NCBI GenBank assembly: GCA_913050185.1
Contig: CAJXBA010000003.1
Span: 1,081 to 65,080 of the forward strand
Source of the DNA: an uncultured Pelagibacteraceae bacterium
GTDB lineage: Bacteria; Pseudomonadota; Alphaproteobacteria; Pelagibacterales; Pelagibacteraceae
Direction of reading: 5' to 3'
Length of the DNA stretch: 64,000 nucleotides
The position numbers were made by a program, and so were the translations under genes. This document shows, piece after piece, positions 48,614-58,902 of this stretch. Each line of letters starts with the position of its first letter. The stretch's first letter is position 1. The notes under the pieces were generated by a model. It ran no database searches, was not told the origin of the DNA, and saw only the letters and a program-made list of their open reading frames with translations.

Positions 48614-50278
48614 TTAAATTCTTACTAAATTTATGTTCGTGTAAGGTCTCTTTCCAGTTTTTTCTTTAACTATTTTTCTACAATTGGTCTTAAGTGCTTC
48701 TATCAAATTATATTCTTGATTAGAATTATTTAATGAAAAAGTTTTGCATATTTTTCTAATTTGATCTTCCATATCAGAAACAAAATTGCTATTTTCATCA
48801 TTGTTTGGAATTCCTCTAAAAGAAATTATAGGTTTCTTTGTCATCGATCCATTATTGTTGATTATTATAGTTATTTCCAAAAAACCATTGTACGATAAAT
48901 TTTTTCTATCTTTAATTGACTGAGACTCTTCTCCAACACTTATATTTCCATCTACATATATTCTACCAACCGGAGCTTTATCAAACACCTTGGGTTTTTC
49001 TCCTGGAAATAATTGGACCATATCACCATTTTCAACTTTAACAGGATATGGAATCTGCATTTTTCTAGCAAAATTAATATGTTCGCTCATATGTCTATAT
49101 TCGCCGTGAACTGGAATAATCGATTTAGGCTTTACCCAGTTATACATATCTTTCAAATCTTCTCTATTTGGGTGTCCTGATACATGAACAAATTCATTTT
49201 CTTCAGAAATAACCTCGATATTATTTTTAACTAACAAATTATGTAATCCGTAAAGCTTTTTTTCATTTCCAGGAATAATTTTTGATGAAAAAATTACCGT
49301 ATCACCAGGTTCGATAAATACATCTGGGTGAATACCATTTGAAATACGCATCATTGCTCCGTTTGGTTCACCTTGGTTACCAGTACATAGGTATACAATT
49401 TTTTCTCTAGAAATATTTTTAGCTTTTCTCGCATCAACAGGTTCTGTTAAATTATTTAAATAACCACACTGTTTTGCAGCTTTATAAATTCTATGCATAG
49501 ACCTACCAACCAAAGATATTTGTCTTCCTATTTTTTTGGCACAATAAAAAACACTTTCCATTCTCGCTACATTAGAAGCAAAAGAAGTTATAATTATTCT
49601 TTTTTGTTTGTTGATCATTATTTTCAATAGACTGTTTCTCACATCTAATTCTGATCCTGATCTGCCTGAATTAAATACATTTGTTGAATCGCAAATCATT
49701 GCCAAAACTCCCTGATCACCAATTTGTTTAAGTTTTTTTTCATTAATTTTTTCACCGATCAAGGGGTTGGGATCACATTTCCAATCTCCTGTATGTAAAA
49801 CCGTGCCTGAAGAAGTTTGAATACTTAAGCCATTAGGCTCAAGTATAGAATGCGTTAATGTAACAAATTCAATGTTAAAAGGTCCCAGTTGTATTTTGCC
49901 GTTAAGTTCGACAATTTTTAATTTGTCTTCTATGTCAATTTTTTTTTCTTTAAATTTTTCTTTAATTAAAACGCTTGTGAATGGGGTTGCGTAAATATTA
50001 CAAAGTAGCTTAGGCCAAATATGGGCTATAGCTCCAATATGATCCTCGTGAGCATGGGTCAATACTAAACCAATCAAATCTTCTTTTTTGTCCACTATAA
50101 AACCAGGATCTGCATAAATTAAATCAACCCCTGGTATTGTGTCATCAGCAAAAGTTACACCTATATCAACTATGATCCATTTTCTGTTTTCCTGATTTCC
50201 ATAGGCATATAAATTCATGTTCATGCCTATTTCACCAGATCCACCCAAAGGACAAAAAATAAATTCTTCTTTTTTCAT
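48614..50278 (-). CDS. rnj: Ribonuclease J
   Basis: 554 aa. Metallo-beta-lactamase motif THAHEDHIG, a beta-CASP region and a C-terminal domain. The position between coaX and proS is as in other alphaproteobacteria. Confidence 0.88.
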   Translation of the reverse strand: MKKEEFIFCPLGGSGEIGMNMNLYAYGNQENRKWIIVDIGVTFADDTIPGVDLIYADPGFIVDKKEDLIGLVLTHAHEDHIGAIAHIWPKLLCNIYATPFTSVLIKEKFKEKKIDIEDKLKIVELNGKIQLGPFNIEFVTLTHSILEPNGLSIQTSSGTVLHTGDWKCDPNPLIGEKINEKKLKQIGDQGVLAMICDSTNVFNSGRSGSELDVRNSLLKIMINKQKRIIITSFASNVARMESVFYCAKKIGRQISLVGRSMHRIYKAAKQCGYLNNLTEPVDARKAKNISREKIVYLCTGNQGEPNGAMMRISNGIHPDVFIEPGDTVIFSSKIIPGNEKKLYGLHNLLVKNNIEVISEENEFVHVSGHPNREDLKDMYNWVKPKSIIPVHGEYRHMSEHINFARKMQIPYPVKVENGDMVQLFPGEKPKVFDKAPVGRIYVDGNISVGEESQSIKDRKNLSYNGFLEITIIINNNGSMTKKPIISFRGIPNNDENSNFVSDMEDQIRKICKTFSLNNSNQEYNLIEALKTNCRKIVKEKTGKRPYTNINLVRI

Positions 50279-51055
50279 TTAAATTAAATATTTTTTATTT
50301 TCTTTGAAAATTTCAATTATACCACTAATTGTTATATTTTTATCTATTGTAAAAGGTTTTTTAATAGAGGTTTTGAATAATTCAGCATAACCACCTGTGA
50401 AGATAATTTTAAACTTTTTTTTAGTTTCTTTTTCAATTTTTAAAATAATATTGTTGATTAATCCAGAATAACCCCAATAAAAACCTGAACGTAAAGCTTC
50501 AATAGTATTTTTTCCAATAATTTTTTTCTGTTTTGTTATTGAAAAAAAAGGTATTCGATCTGCTGAATTAGTCAAACTTTTTATTGAAAGATCTACCCCA
50601 GGAGCTATTATTCCTCCATTATAAATGCCATCTTTGGTTACAACATCAAAAGTAGTTGCTGTTCCAAAATCTAGAATAATACAATTAGTTTTATATTTTT
50701 TGTAAGCTCCCACTGAATTTGCGATTCTATCAGAACCAACTTGATTTTTATTTTTTAGATTAATTTTAACAATTTTTTTAATATTCTTTTCTTTAATTTC
50801 TTTCAATTTGATTTTATAAAATTTTTTTAAAAATTTATTTAATATTAATTGATATCTAGGAACAACACTTGAAAATAAAGCAATTTTATTAGTATCTTTA
50901 TCTTTAATAATTTTTTTTAAGTTTTTATTTAAAGATCTTTTTGAAATAATACTATTACTTTTAAAATAAATCACTTTTTTAATTTTATGAGTTTTAATCG
51001 CAACTAAACAAAGCTTTGTGAGTGTGTTGCCAATATCTCCGATCAATACGTTCAT
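50279..51055 (-). CDS. coaX: Type III pantothenate kinase
   Basis: 258 aa. LIGDIGNT start, DRIANSVG, DFGTATTFD and GG...L motifs of the CoaX/ASKHA fold. Confidence 0.85.
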   Translation of the reverse strand: MNVLIGDIGNTLTKLCLVAIKTHKIKKVIYFKSNSIISKRSLNKNLKKIIKDKDTNKIALFSSVVPRYQLILNKFLKKFYKIKLKEIKEKNIKKIVKINLKNKNQVGSDRIANSVGAYKKYKTNCIILDFGTATTFDVVTKDGIYNGGIIAPGVDLSIKSLTNSADRIPFFSITKQKKIIGKNTIEALRSGFYWGYSGLINNIILKIEKETKKKFKIIFTGGYAELFKTSIKKPFTIDKNITISGIIEIFKENKKYLI

Positions 51056-51063
51056 TTTGGTAT

Positions 51064-51648
51064 TTACTTTGAAACCATTAGATCAGCTTTCTTTTTAAAA
51101 TTCATATAATTATAAGAAGCTATATTTATAAAAAATTTTTCATATGAAAAAATTATCAGTTTTATTAATTCTCCAACTGATGGTTTTCTTTTTGTTTCCA
51201 ATAAAATATTTGTTGCTTGATATTCAGTGTTAATATTTGGACATGAAACAATATTTAATCCAATCCCTATAATTAGAAATTTTTTTTCATTGGAGGTTAC
51301 AAGTTCTTGTAAAATTCCACAAATTTTTTTTCCATTTATAAACAAATCATTTGGCCATTTAAAAGATATTTTTTTCTTTTCACAAAAAATCATAATTACA
51401 TCAGAAATTATAACCGGATTTATTATTGAAAATTCGTTAAAAGGTGGATAATTAACTTCTAAAGGAAAAAATATTGAACCGAATAAATTTCCTTCACTAG
51501 AAATCCATTTCTTTCCGTGAGTTCCTCTTCCTTTTGTTTGAATATTTGCGCAAACACACCCTATTTCTTTTTTACCTTCTTTGATTAAATTAATGGCAAC
51601 ATCATTGGTGCTTGTAACATTTTCATATTTAAAAATTTCAAATTTCAT
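51064..51648 (-). CDS. birA: Biotin-protein ligase, minimal catalytic-domain form (194 aa)
   Basis: TSTND and QTKGRGTHGKKW (the GRGRxGRxW biotin-binding loop), KWPNDL, and GIGLN. There is no N-terminal HTH, and the sequence ends soon after the catalytic core. Confidence 0.8.
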   Translation of the reverse strand: MKFEIFKYENVTSTNDVAINLIKEGKKEIGCVCANIQTKGRGTHGKKWISSEGNLFGSIFFPLEVNYPPFNEFSIINPVIISDVIMIFCEKKKISFKWPNDLFINGKKICGILQELVTSNEKKFLIIGIGLNIVSCPNINTEYQATNILLETKRKPSVGELIKLIIFSYEKFFINIASYNYMNFKKKADLMVSK

Positions 51649-53066
51649 TAATAGACTTCAATAGAAGAAACCAGATCGGTTAATATCGACGGATAAATAA
51701 AATAAACCAAAATTAATATACTAGACAAAATCAATGAAATTTTGAGCCCAAAATCATAATTTTTATCAAATGGTTTCTTTGGATTGTCAAAATAAATTAC
51801 TTTTATAATTCTTATGTAATAAAATGCCGAAACGACAGTAGTTACAAGCCCAATAATTGCAAGCGCATACATTTTAACTTCAATAACAGCCATAAAAATA
51901 TAAAACTTGGCAAAAAATCCGGCTAGTGGTGGTATGCCAGCCAATGAGAAAAGTATAATTAGAAAACTAAAAGCTAGTATGGGATGATTTTTGGATAAAC
52001 CTGATAAATCATTAATGTTTTCATAGAAAATGTTTTCTCTTTTCATCATAAAAATACATCCAAATGCCCCAAGATTCATGATCAAATAAATGGTCAAATA
52101 AATTATTACACTTTGAATTCCTTCATTTGTACCTGTAGCCAAACCTGCTAAAGCATATCCCATATGTCCGATAGAACTATAAGCCATCAACCTTTTTATA
52201 TTTTGTTGTCCAATGGCTGCAACAGCACCTACTATCATTGATGCAATTGATAAAAAGATAATTATTGCCTGCCACTGATTGATCACATTTATAAACGGGA
52301 CGTACATAAATCTAATAAAAACGGATATTGCAGCTATTTTTGGGATTAATGCGAAAAAGTTAGTAACGGAAGTTGGCGAACCTTCATAAACATCTGGAGA
52401 CCACATATGAAAAGGTACCGCAGAAATCTTGAAAGCCAAACCCACAATGATAAAAACAATTCCAAAAACTGCACCTTTGTTTGCCTCATTTAAATTTGTT
52501 GCAATGGTTTCAAAATTTGTTGAACCAGTAAATCCATAAATAAGAGAACAACCATAAAGTAAAAGTCCGGAAGCAAGTGCGCTTAAAACGAAATATTTTA
52601 AACCTGCTTCGCTGGACCTCACATCTTCTCTTCTGAAAGAGGCTAATATGTATAAACATAGAGATTGCAATTCCAACCCTAGATAAAAAACAATTAAATC
52701 ATAAGAACTAATCATGAGTATCATGCCAAGTATTGAAGCTAGAATAATTATTGGATATTCTATTTTATCAATATTGTTATTTTTTATGTAATCCTTCGAT
52801 GAAAGTAGAACAAATAAACAAAATAATAATGTAAGTACTTTCATAAAAATTGATAATTTGTCTATTATATAGCTTTCGTTAAAAATTTTTACCACTTCGC
52901 TTGGTTGGTTTAAGACTAAAATAATTGCAAAAGCTAAACTTAAAATTGTTAACAAACTTACAAGTTTAAAACTTTTTTTAATAAAAACACCCAGCATTAA
53001 AAGAGACATTATCGCTACGGATAAAAATAATTCAGGTAATATGTATATATAAGGTATTGCTTGCAT
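51648..53066 (-). CDS. nuoN: NADH-quinone oxidoreductase subunit N
   Basis: 472 aa antiporter-like polytopic protein, last gene of the nuo string. Confidence 0.92.
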   Translation of the reverse strand: MQAIPYIYILPELFLSVAIMSLLMLGVFIKKSFKLVSLLTILSLAFAIILVLNQPSEVVKIFNESYIIDKLSIFMKVLTLLFCLFVLLSSKDYIKNNNIDKIEYPIIILASILGMILMISSYDLIVFYLGLELQSLCLYILASFRREDVRSSEAGLKYFVLSALASGLLLYGCSLIYGFTGSTNFETIATNLNEANKGAVFGIVFIIVGLAFKISAVPFHMWSPDVYEGSPTSVTNFFALIPKIAAISVFIRFMYVPFINVINQWQAIIIFLSIASMIVGAVAAIGQQNIKRLMAYSSIGHMGYALAGLATGTNEGIQSVIIYLTIYLIMNLGAFGCIFMMKRENIFYENINDLSGLSKNHPILAFSFLIILFSLAGIPPLAGFFAKFYIFMAVIEVKMYALAIIGLVTTVVSAFYYIRIIKVIYFDNPKKPFDKNYDFGLKISLILSSILILVYFIYPSILTDLVSSIEVY

Positions 53067-54569
53067 TTAATTATTTATTTTCACCAAATGAAAACTTAAG
53101 TCAGCTTGATAATTGTTAATCAAATTACTAATCGATATATCAATAGTGTTAAATAATGGCTTTGGGTAAACTCCAAAAAAAAGTATCAAAAATACCAGTG
53201 ATGCAAAAATATATATTTCTGTTTTGTTTAAATCTGTAATTTCTTTTATTTCAGGATTGGTTATTTTTCCAAAAATTACTCTCCTGTAAAGCCACAGCAT
53301 ATATGCGGCGACCAAAATAACTCCAAAAGAAGCTAATACAGCAACCAGAATGTTTTTCTGAAGAGCTCCAACCAGTACTAAAAATTCACCAACAAACCCG
53401 CTTGTACCTGGTAATCCTAAAGCTGCCAGTGTAAAGATCATAAAAACAAGTGCATATTTTGGCATAATATTAACCAATCCACCATAAGAAGAGATCATAC
53501 GTGAATGATATCTATCGTAAACAACACCCACGCATAAAAAGAGCGCCGCAGATATCAAACCGTGACTCATCATTTGAATAATACTTCCCTCTAGACCTTG
53601 TTTAGTTAATGAAAAAATACCTATTGTAACAAAACCCATATGCGCTACAGAAGAATAGGCTATGAGTTTTTTCATATCATCTTGCATAAGTGCAACTAAA
53701 GATGTGTAGATTATTGCAATAATACTCAACACAAAAATAAGTGGAGTAAAATAATCTGAGGCAACGGGAAACAAACCCAACGAAAAACGTATAAAACCAT
53801 AGCCTGCCATTTTTAAAAGTATGGCAGCTAAAATAACCGAGCCCGCAGTTGGTGCTTCAACGTGTGCATCGGGTAACCAAGTATGCACAGGCCACATTGG
53901 CAATTTGACGGCAAATGAACTGAAAAATGCTAACCAAAGTAAATATTGAAATTCTTGTGGTATTCTCCCATCTAATAACCTAATTACATCCGTAGTCCCT
54001 GTAATCCAATAAATAGAGATAATAGCAACTAGCATCAAAACGGAACCAAGTAGTGTAAACAAAAAAAACTTGAATGCCGAATATACCCTTTTAGGACCTC
54101 CCCAAATACCAATAATTAAAAACATTGGTATCAACCCACCTTCAAAAAATAAATAAAATATTACTAGATTAAGGGAACAGAATACACCAAGCATCAAAGT
54201 TTCCATTACAAGGATTGCGATAAGAAATTCCTTAATCTTAAATTTAATACTATGAATACCTGAAAAAATGCATAACGGTGCTATAAACGTTGTAAGTAAT
54301 ATAAATAGCATTGAAATTCCATCTATGCCAAGTTGGAAATTAATGAAGCCTGACATCCATTTTTTCTCTTCAATAAATTGAAAGTCAGATGTTGAATTAT
54401 CAAAAAAATACCAAAGTAAAATAGAAAGAAAAAAATTTGACAGAGAGGTAAAAATTGCTACATATTTTGAATTTCTTTCAACATTTTTTTGCTCTCCCTT
54501 GGTAACAAAAATAAAAAAAGCTCCAATAAGTGGAATAAATATAATCGCTGAAAGAATAGGAAAGTTCAT
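53067..54569 (-). CDS. nuoM: NADH-quinone oxidoreductase subunit M
   Basis: 500 aa. WLPDAHVEAPTAGSVILAAILLK motif. Confidence 0.95.
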   Translation of the reverse strand: MNFPILSAIIFIPLIGAFFIFVTKGEQKNVERNSKYVAIFTSLSNFFLSILLWYFFDNSTSDFQFIEEKKWMSGFINFQLGIDGISMLFILLTTFIAPLCIFSGIHSIKFKIKEFLIAILVMETLMLGVFCSLNLVIFYLFFEGGLIPMFLIIGIWGGPKRVYSAFKFFLFTLLGSVLMLVAIISIYWITGTTDVIRLLDGRIPQEFQYLLWLAFFSSFAVKLPMWPVHTWLPDAHVEAPTAGSVILAAILLKMAGYGFIRFSLGLFPVASDYFTPLIFVLSIIAIIYTSLVALMQDDMKKLIAYSSVAHMGFVTIGIFSLTKQGLEGSIIQMMSHGLISAALFLCVGVVYDRYHSRMISSYGGLVNIMPKYALVFMIFTLAALGLPGTSGFVGEFLVLVGALQKNILVAVLASFGVILVAAYMLWLYRRVIFGKITNPEIKEITDLNKTEIYIFASLVFLILFFGVYPKPLFNTIDISISNLINNYQADLSFHLVKINN

Positions 54570-56477
54570 TTAATACAAAATTAAGTATGTTAATAAAATA
54601 GAAAAACCAATAAGCATTACAAAAGCATAATGATACAAATATCCACTTTGAAAATTTACTGCTTTATCAGATACAGTTTTAACTAACTTTGAAAGGCCAT
54701 CTGGTCCATAACGATCTATTATATTAACATCTCCCTCTTTCCAAAAAAATAATCCAATTTTTTTTATAGGTTCTACAAAAATAAAATTATACAAATCATC
54801 AAAGTACCATTTGTTTATTAAAAAATTATATAGCGTTTGATGTTTTAAAATTAAGTTTTTCAAAATTTTTTCATTTTTTACAAATAAATAATATGCAATC
54901 GGAATTGCCAAAATGACTATTAAAGGTGTTATAACAAGCAACCAAATTGGTACATGATCATGATGATTTTGATATAAAAACAGAATTGAATTATTCCAAA
55001 ATTGTGTATCCTGACCTATAAATATTTCTTTAAATAAAATACCTGTTACAATAGCACCTACAGCTAAAAGACACGAAGGTATCAACATTGTTGAAGAAGA
55101 TTCGTGAATTGAATTTAAACTATTTTTTTTATTATTATATTTTCCATGAAAAGTCTTAAATACTAACCTCCATGAATATATAGCTGTTAGTAAAGCTGTA
55201 AAAATTCCAACCGCAGCAGCATAATAACCAATGTTACTACCTTTTAAATAAGCAAATTCAATAATAGCATCCTTTGAGTAATAGCCAGATAAAAATGGAA
55301 ATCCTGTCAACGCTAATGTGCCTATTACCATTAAAGTGTAAGTATACGGTATTTTTTTCCAAACCCCTCCCATAGAACGAATATCTTGTTCGTCATCAAA
55401 AGAATGTATTACACATCCTGAACCAAGAAATAAAAGTGCTTTAAAAAAAGCATGGGTGAATAAATGAAAAATAGCCACATGATAAGCGCCCACACCGGCT
55501 GCAAAGAACATGTAACCCAATTGACTGCAAGTCGAATAGGCAACAATTTTTTTAATATCATTTTGCACGAGAGCAACTGTTGCTGCAAAAAATGCTGTCA
55601 TCATTCCAACTGTTGCAACCACATTTAATGCTATTTGGGAATATTCAAATAATGGCGAACATTTGACCACTAAAAAAACACCCGCGGTAACCATTGTGGC
55701 CGCATGGATCAGTGCGGATACAGGCGTCGGACCTTCCATTGCATCGGGAAGCCAAGTATGCAAAAAAATCTGAGCAGATTTTCCCATCGCTCCCAAAAAA
55801 AGTAAAAGACAAATTAATGTAATTAAATTTACTTCAATTCCTAAAAAAATAACTTGTTTTTGTATGAATAGAGGTGTTTGTTGAAATACTTCATGATAGT
55901 TAACAGTTCCATAAAAAAAGAATATTAGAAAAATACCAATCGCAAAACCAAAATCACCTACCCGATTAACAACGAATGCTTTAATGGCAGCCGAATTAGC
56001 AGAAGGTTTTTTGTACCAGAAACCAATCAATAAATACGAACACAAACCAACGCCTTCCCATCCAAAAAATAACTGTAAAAAGTTATCGGCGGTAACCAAA
56101 GTCAACATGGCAAAAGTAAATAGGGACAAGTAAGCCATAAAGCGTGTTTTATGTGGGTCATGACTCATATAACCTATGGAATAAAAATGAATAATTGATG
56201 ATATTAAACTTACCACTACTAACATTACAGATGTTAATGGGTCAACAACGATTGACCAATTGACATGAAAATCTCCAGAGCTAATCCAATTAAATATTAA
56301 TTTATTGCTAGAGTAATCTTGTGTCAGCACTTCATAAAAAATAAACAACGATAAAATTCCAGAAATTAAAACCAACAAACATGCAAAAATTTGACAATAT
56401 TTATCCCCAAGTTTTTTTCCAAAAAATCCAGAAATAAATGAACTTATTAGCGGTAAAAATATAATTGCATATTCCAT
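54570..56477 (-). CDS. nuoL: NADH-quinone oxidoreductase subunit L
   Basis: 635 aa. WLPDAMEGPTPVSALIHAATMVTAG and a C-terminal lateral-helix extension. Confidence 0.95.
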   Translation of the reverse strand: MEYAIIFLPLISSFISGFFGKKLGDKYCQIFACLLVLISGILSLFIFYEVLTQDYSSNKLIFNWISSGDFHVNWSIVVDPLTSVMLVVVSLISSIIHFYSIGYMSHDPHKTRFMAYLSLFTFAMLTLVTADNFLQLFFGWEGVGLCSYLLIGFWYKKPSANSAAIKAFVVNRVGDFGFAIGIFLIFFFYGTVNYHEVFQQTPLFIQKQVIFLGIEVNLITLICLLLFLGAMGKSAQIFLHTWLPDAMEGPTPVSALIHAATMVTAGVFLVVKCSPLFEYSQIALNVVATVGMMTAFFAATVALVQNDIKKIVAYSTCSQLGYMFFAAGVGAYHVAIFHLFTHAFFKALLFLGSGCVIHSFDDEQDIRSMGGVWKKIPYTYTLMVIGTLALTGFPFLSGYYSKDAIIEFAYLKGSNIGYYAAAVGIFTALLTAIYSWRLVFKTFHGKYNNKKNSLNSIHESSSTMLIPSCLLAVGAIVTGILFKEIFIGQDTQFWNNSILFLYQNHHDHVPIWLLVITPLIVILAIPIAYYLFVKNEKILKNLILKHQTLYNFLINKWYFDDLYNFIFVEPIKKIGLFFWKEGDVNIIDRYGPDGLSKLVKTVSDKAVNFQSGYLYHYAFVMLIGFSILLTYLILY

Positions 56478-56478
56478 A

Positions 56479-56793
56479 TTAACCTTTCAAAGAACTAATG
56501 TGTTCAACATTAATCGAACCCCTGTTTTTGTAATAAATTACTATTATTGCTAAACCCACAGCCGCTTCCGCTGCCGCTACAGTCAAGACAAACATCGTAA
56601 ATACTTGGCCGACCAAATTCTGTAGATAAATAGAAAAAGATACTAAGTTGATATTCACAGCTAAAAGAATCAATTCTATCGACATTAAAATTATAATGAC
56701 ATTCTTTCTATTTAAAAAAATTCCAATTATTCCTATGACAAAAATTATTGATGCTAGTGATAAATAATGTCCAAGACCTATTTCAATCATCAA
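56479..56793 (-). CDS. nuoK: NADH-quinone oxidoreductase subunit K
   Basis: 104 aa with three TM helices; the [11 protein letters not shown] motif is present. Confidence 0.93.
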   Translation of the reverse strand: MMIEIGLGHYLSLASIIFVIGIIGIFLNRKNVIIILMSIELILLAVNINLVSFSIYLQNLVGQVFTMFVLTVAAAEAAVGLAIIVIYYKNRGSINVEHISSLKG

Positions 56794-57415
56794 TTTTTAC
56801 TCCCTTGCCACTTTCAACTTCAACTAACGAAATTGCACTATCTTTCTCTCTTTCTATTTGATCAAAATAATTTTGCTTTTTTATGTTTTCTCTTCTACTA
56901 AATGTAAGGCTAATAGATCCAATCATTGCAACAAGAAGAATTATTCCAACTATCTGAAAAAGATGTATATAATCTGTATACAAAACGTTACCTAATGCAT
57001 GTGTGTTACTTAAATCCAAATTTAAATAAGTTTCTGATAACGGAACAAAGTTACCCTTGTATTTCCAACCACCAACTACAACTAATAATTCAAGAAAGAT
57101 AATCGCTCCTACAACTAAACCTACTGACACATTGTTAATAAAACCCTTTCTACTAGAATGCTTAGTTGCTTGCTTGGTAACATTTAACATCATCACAACA
57201 AAAAGAAACAAAATCGCAACTGCTCCCACATAAATAATTAGCATTATCATTCCCAGAAATTCTGCTCCTATCATAATAAAAAGAATAGAAACACTTACAA
57301 AAACTAGAATTAGAAAAAATACTGAATAAACTGTATTTCTGGAAACGATAACCATGACTGCAGAAAATACAGCTATGGTTGAAAAAAAATAAAAAAACAA
57401 AGAATGAGCTAACAT
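56783..57415 (-). CDS. nuoJ: NADH-quinone oxidoreductase subunit J
   Basis: 210 aa membrane protein between nuoI and nuoK. The [16 protein letters not shown] motif is present. Confidence 0.9.
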   Translation of the reverse strand: MLAHSLFFYFFSTIAVFSAVMVIVSRNTVYSVFFLILVFVSVSILFIMIGAEFLGMIMLIIYVGAVAILFLFVVMMLNVTKQATKHSSRKGFINNVSVGLVVGAIIFLELLVVVGGWKYKGNFVPLSETYLNLDLSNTHALGNVLYTDYIHLFQIVGIILLVAMIGSISLTFSRRENIKKQNYFDQIEREKDSAISLVEVESGKGVKIDD

Positions 57416-57901
57416 TTATCTGAAAGGTGAATCTGCTTTAATGTTTTCTGCTAAAGCAGTTTCCCATCTATCTCCATTTCCTAAAAGTTTCTTCTTGTTG
57501 TAATAAAGCTCTTCCCTAGTTTCTGTGGCAAACTCAAAATTTGGACCTTGAACTATAGCTTCTACTGGACAAGATTCTTGACACAAACCACAGTAAATAC
57601 ATTTGAGCATATCAATATCGTATCTTGTTGTTTTTCTGTTACCATCATCTCTAATTTTCGATTCTATTGTGATCGCCTGAGCGGGACAAATAGCTTCACA
57701 TAGTTTACATGCGATGCACCTTTCTTCGCCATTTGGGTATCTTCTTAGGGCGTGTTCACCTCTGAACCGTGGACTTATTTTTCCTTTTTCAAAGGGATAG
57801 TTTATAGTTTTTTTTGATCTAAAAATTTCTTTAACTGCAACTGACAATCCAGCAAAGAAATCTGTCATAAATACTGTTTTTATTATTCTGCTAATTCTCA
57901 T
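57416..57901 (-). CDS. nuoI: NADH-quinone oxidoreductase subunit I
   Basis: Two 4Fe-4S ferredoxin motifs, [12 protein letters not shown] and [15 protein letters not shown] 57901 is preferred because it overlaps the nuoH stop. The ORF-track extension to 57991 lies inside nuoH. Confidence 0.95.
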   Translation of the reverse strand: MRISRIIKTVFMTDFFAGLSVAVKEIFRSKKTINYPFEKGKISPRFRGEHALRRYPNGEERCIACKLCEAICPAQAITIESKIRDDGNRKTTRYDIDMLKCIYCGLCQESCPVEAIVQGPNFEFATETREELYYNKKKLLGNGDRWETALAENIKADSPFR

Positions 57902-58902
57902 TATCCTAGTGTTGGCAACATATCTAAAAAAAATAAAAAACTTGCTGTTAAAACAACCCAAATTAATGAAAGTGGAAGAAAAATTTTCCAACCTAATCTC
58001 ATTAATTGATCAAAACGGTATCTTGGAACTATGGCTTTAACCAAAGAAAATAAAATAAAAAGTCCTAGAATTTTGAATAGCATCCAAAAAACTCCTGGAA
58101 ATACATTAAATGGATAAATATCAAGAGGACTTAACCATCCTCCTAAAAAAAGTACTGAACCTAAAGCACACAAAAGCAAAATATTTGCGTACTCGCCTAA
58201 CCAAAACATTGCATACATCATTCCTGAATATTCTGTTTGATAACCTGCTACAAGTTCTGACTCGGCCTCAGGCAAATCAAATGGTGGTCGGTTAGTTTCA
58301 GCTAAAGCCGAAATAAAAAAAATAACGAACATTGGAAATAGTGGAAAAATGAACCAGACATTTTCCTGTGCTAGTACAATTTCATTTAAGTTAAGAGAAC
58401 CCACGCAGAGTAAAACATTAATAATAATAATACCGATTGACACTTCATAAGAAATCATTTGGGCCGCTGATCTAATAGCTCCTAAAAAAGGATATTTTGA
58501 ATTTGATGCCCATCCACCCATTATGATTCCGTAAACACTCAGAGATGAGATCGCAAATATATATAATATTCCTATATTAATATTGGCCAATACCATTTCT
58601 TTGCTAAATGGTATGACCGCCCACGCCACTAGAGATAAAGTAAGAGTAATTATTGGAGCCAAAACAAATATAGTTTTATCTGCACTAGCGGGAATAATTA
58701 TCTCTTTGAAGATATACTTTAAAGCATCAGCCAAAGTTTGAAAAAGCCCGAATGGACCTACTACATTTGGGCCTCTTCTTTTTTGAACAAAAGCCCAAAC
58801 TCTTCTATCAAACCATACAATTAAAGCTACCGACACGAGAACAGGTAGCAGTAAAAATATTATTTTATAAATTTCATTAAAAAATATATTTATATAAATC
58901 AT
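57901..58902 (-). CDS. nuoH: NADH-quinone oxidoreductase subunit H
   Basis: 333 aa. [40 protein letters not shown]. Confidence 0.95.
   Translation of the reverse strand: MIYINIFFNEIYKIIFLLLPVLVSVALIVWFDRRVWAFVQKRRGPNVVGPFGLFQTLADALKYIFKEIIIPASADKTIFVLAPIITLTLSLVAWAVIPFSKEMVLANINIGILYIFAISSLSVYGIIMGGWASNSKYPFLGAIRSAAQMISYEVSIGIIIINVLLCVGSLNLNEIVLAQENVWFIFPLFPMFVIFFISALAETNRPPFDLPEAESELVAGYQTEYSGMMYAMFWLGEYANILLLCALGSVLFLGGWLSPLDIYPFNVFPGVFWMLFKILGLFILFSLVKAIVPRYRFDQLMRLGWKIFLPLSLIWVVLTASFLFFLDMLPTLG

Noticed and set aside
57902-57991. 30-codon N-terminal extension of the nuoI ORF inside nuoH, and likewise the lipA extension at 17393-17431 and the trpC extension at 27021-27056.
   Set aside because: The internal ATGs give proteins of canonical length and N-termini. 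They also create the stop/start coupling typical of this window. The longer forms are artefacts of longest-ORF calling.
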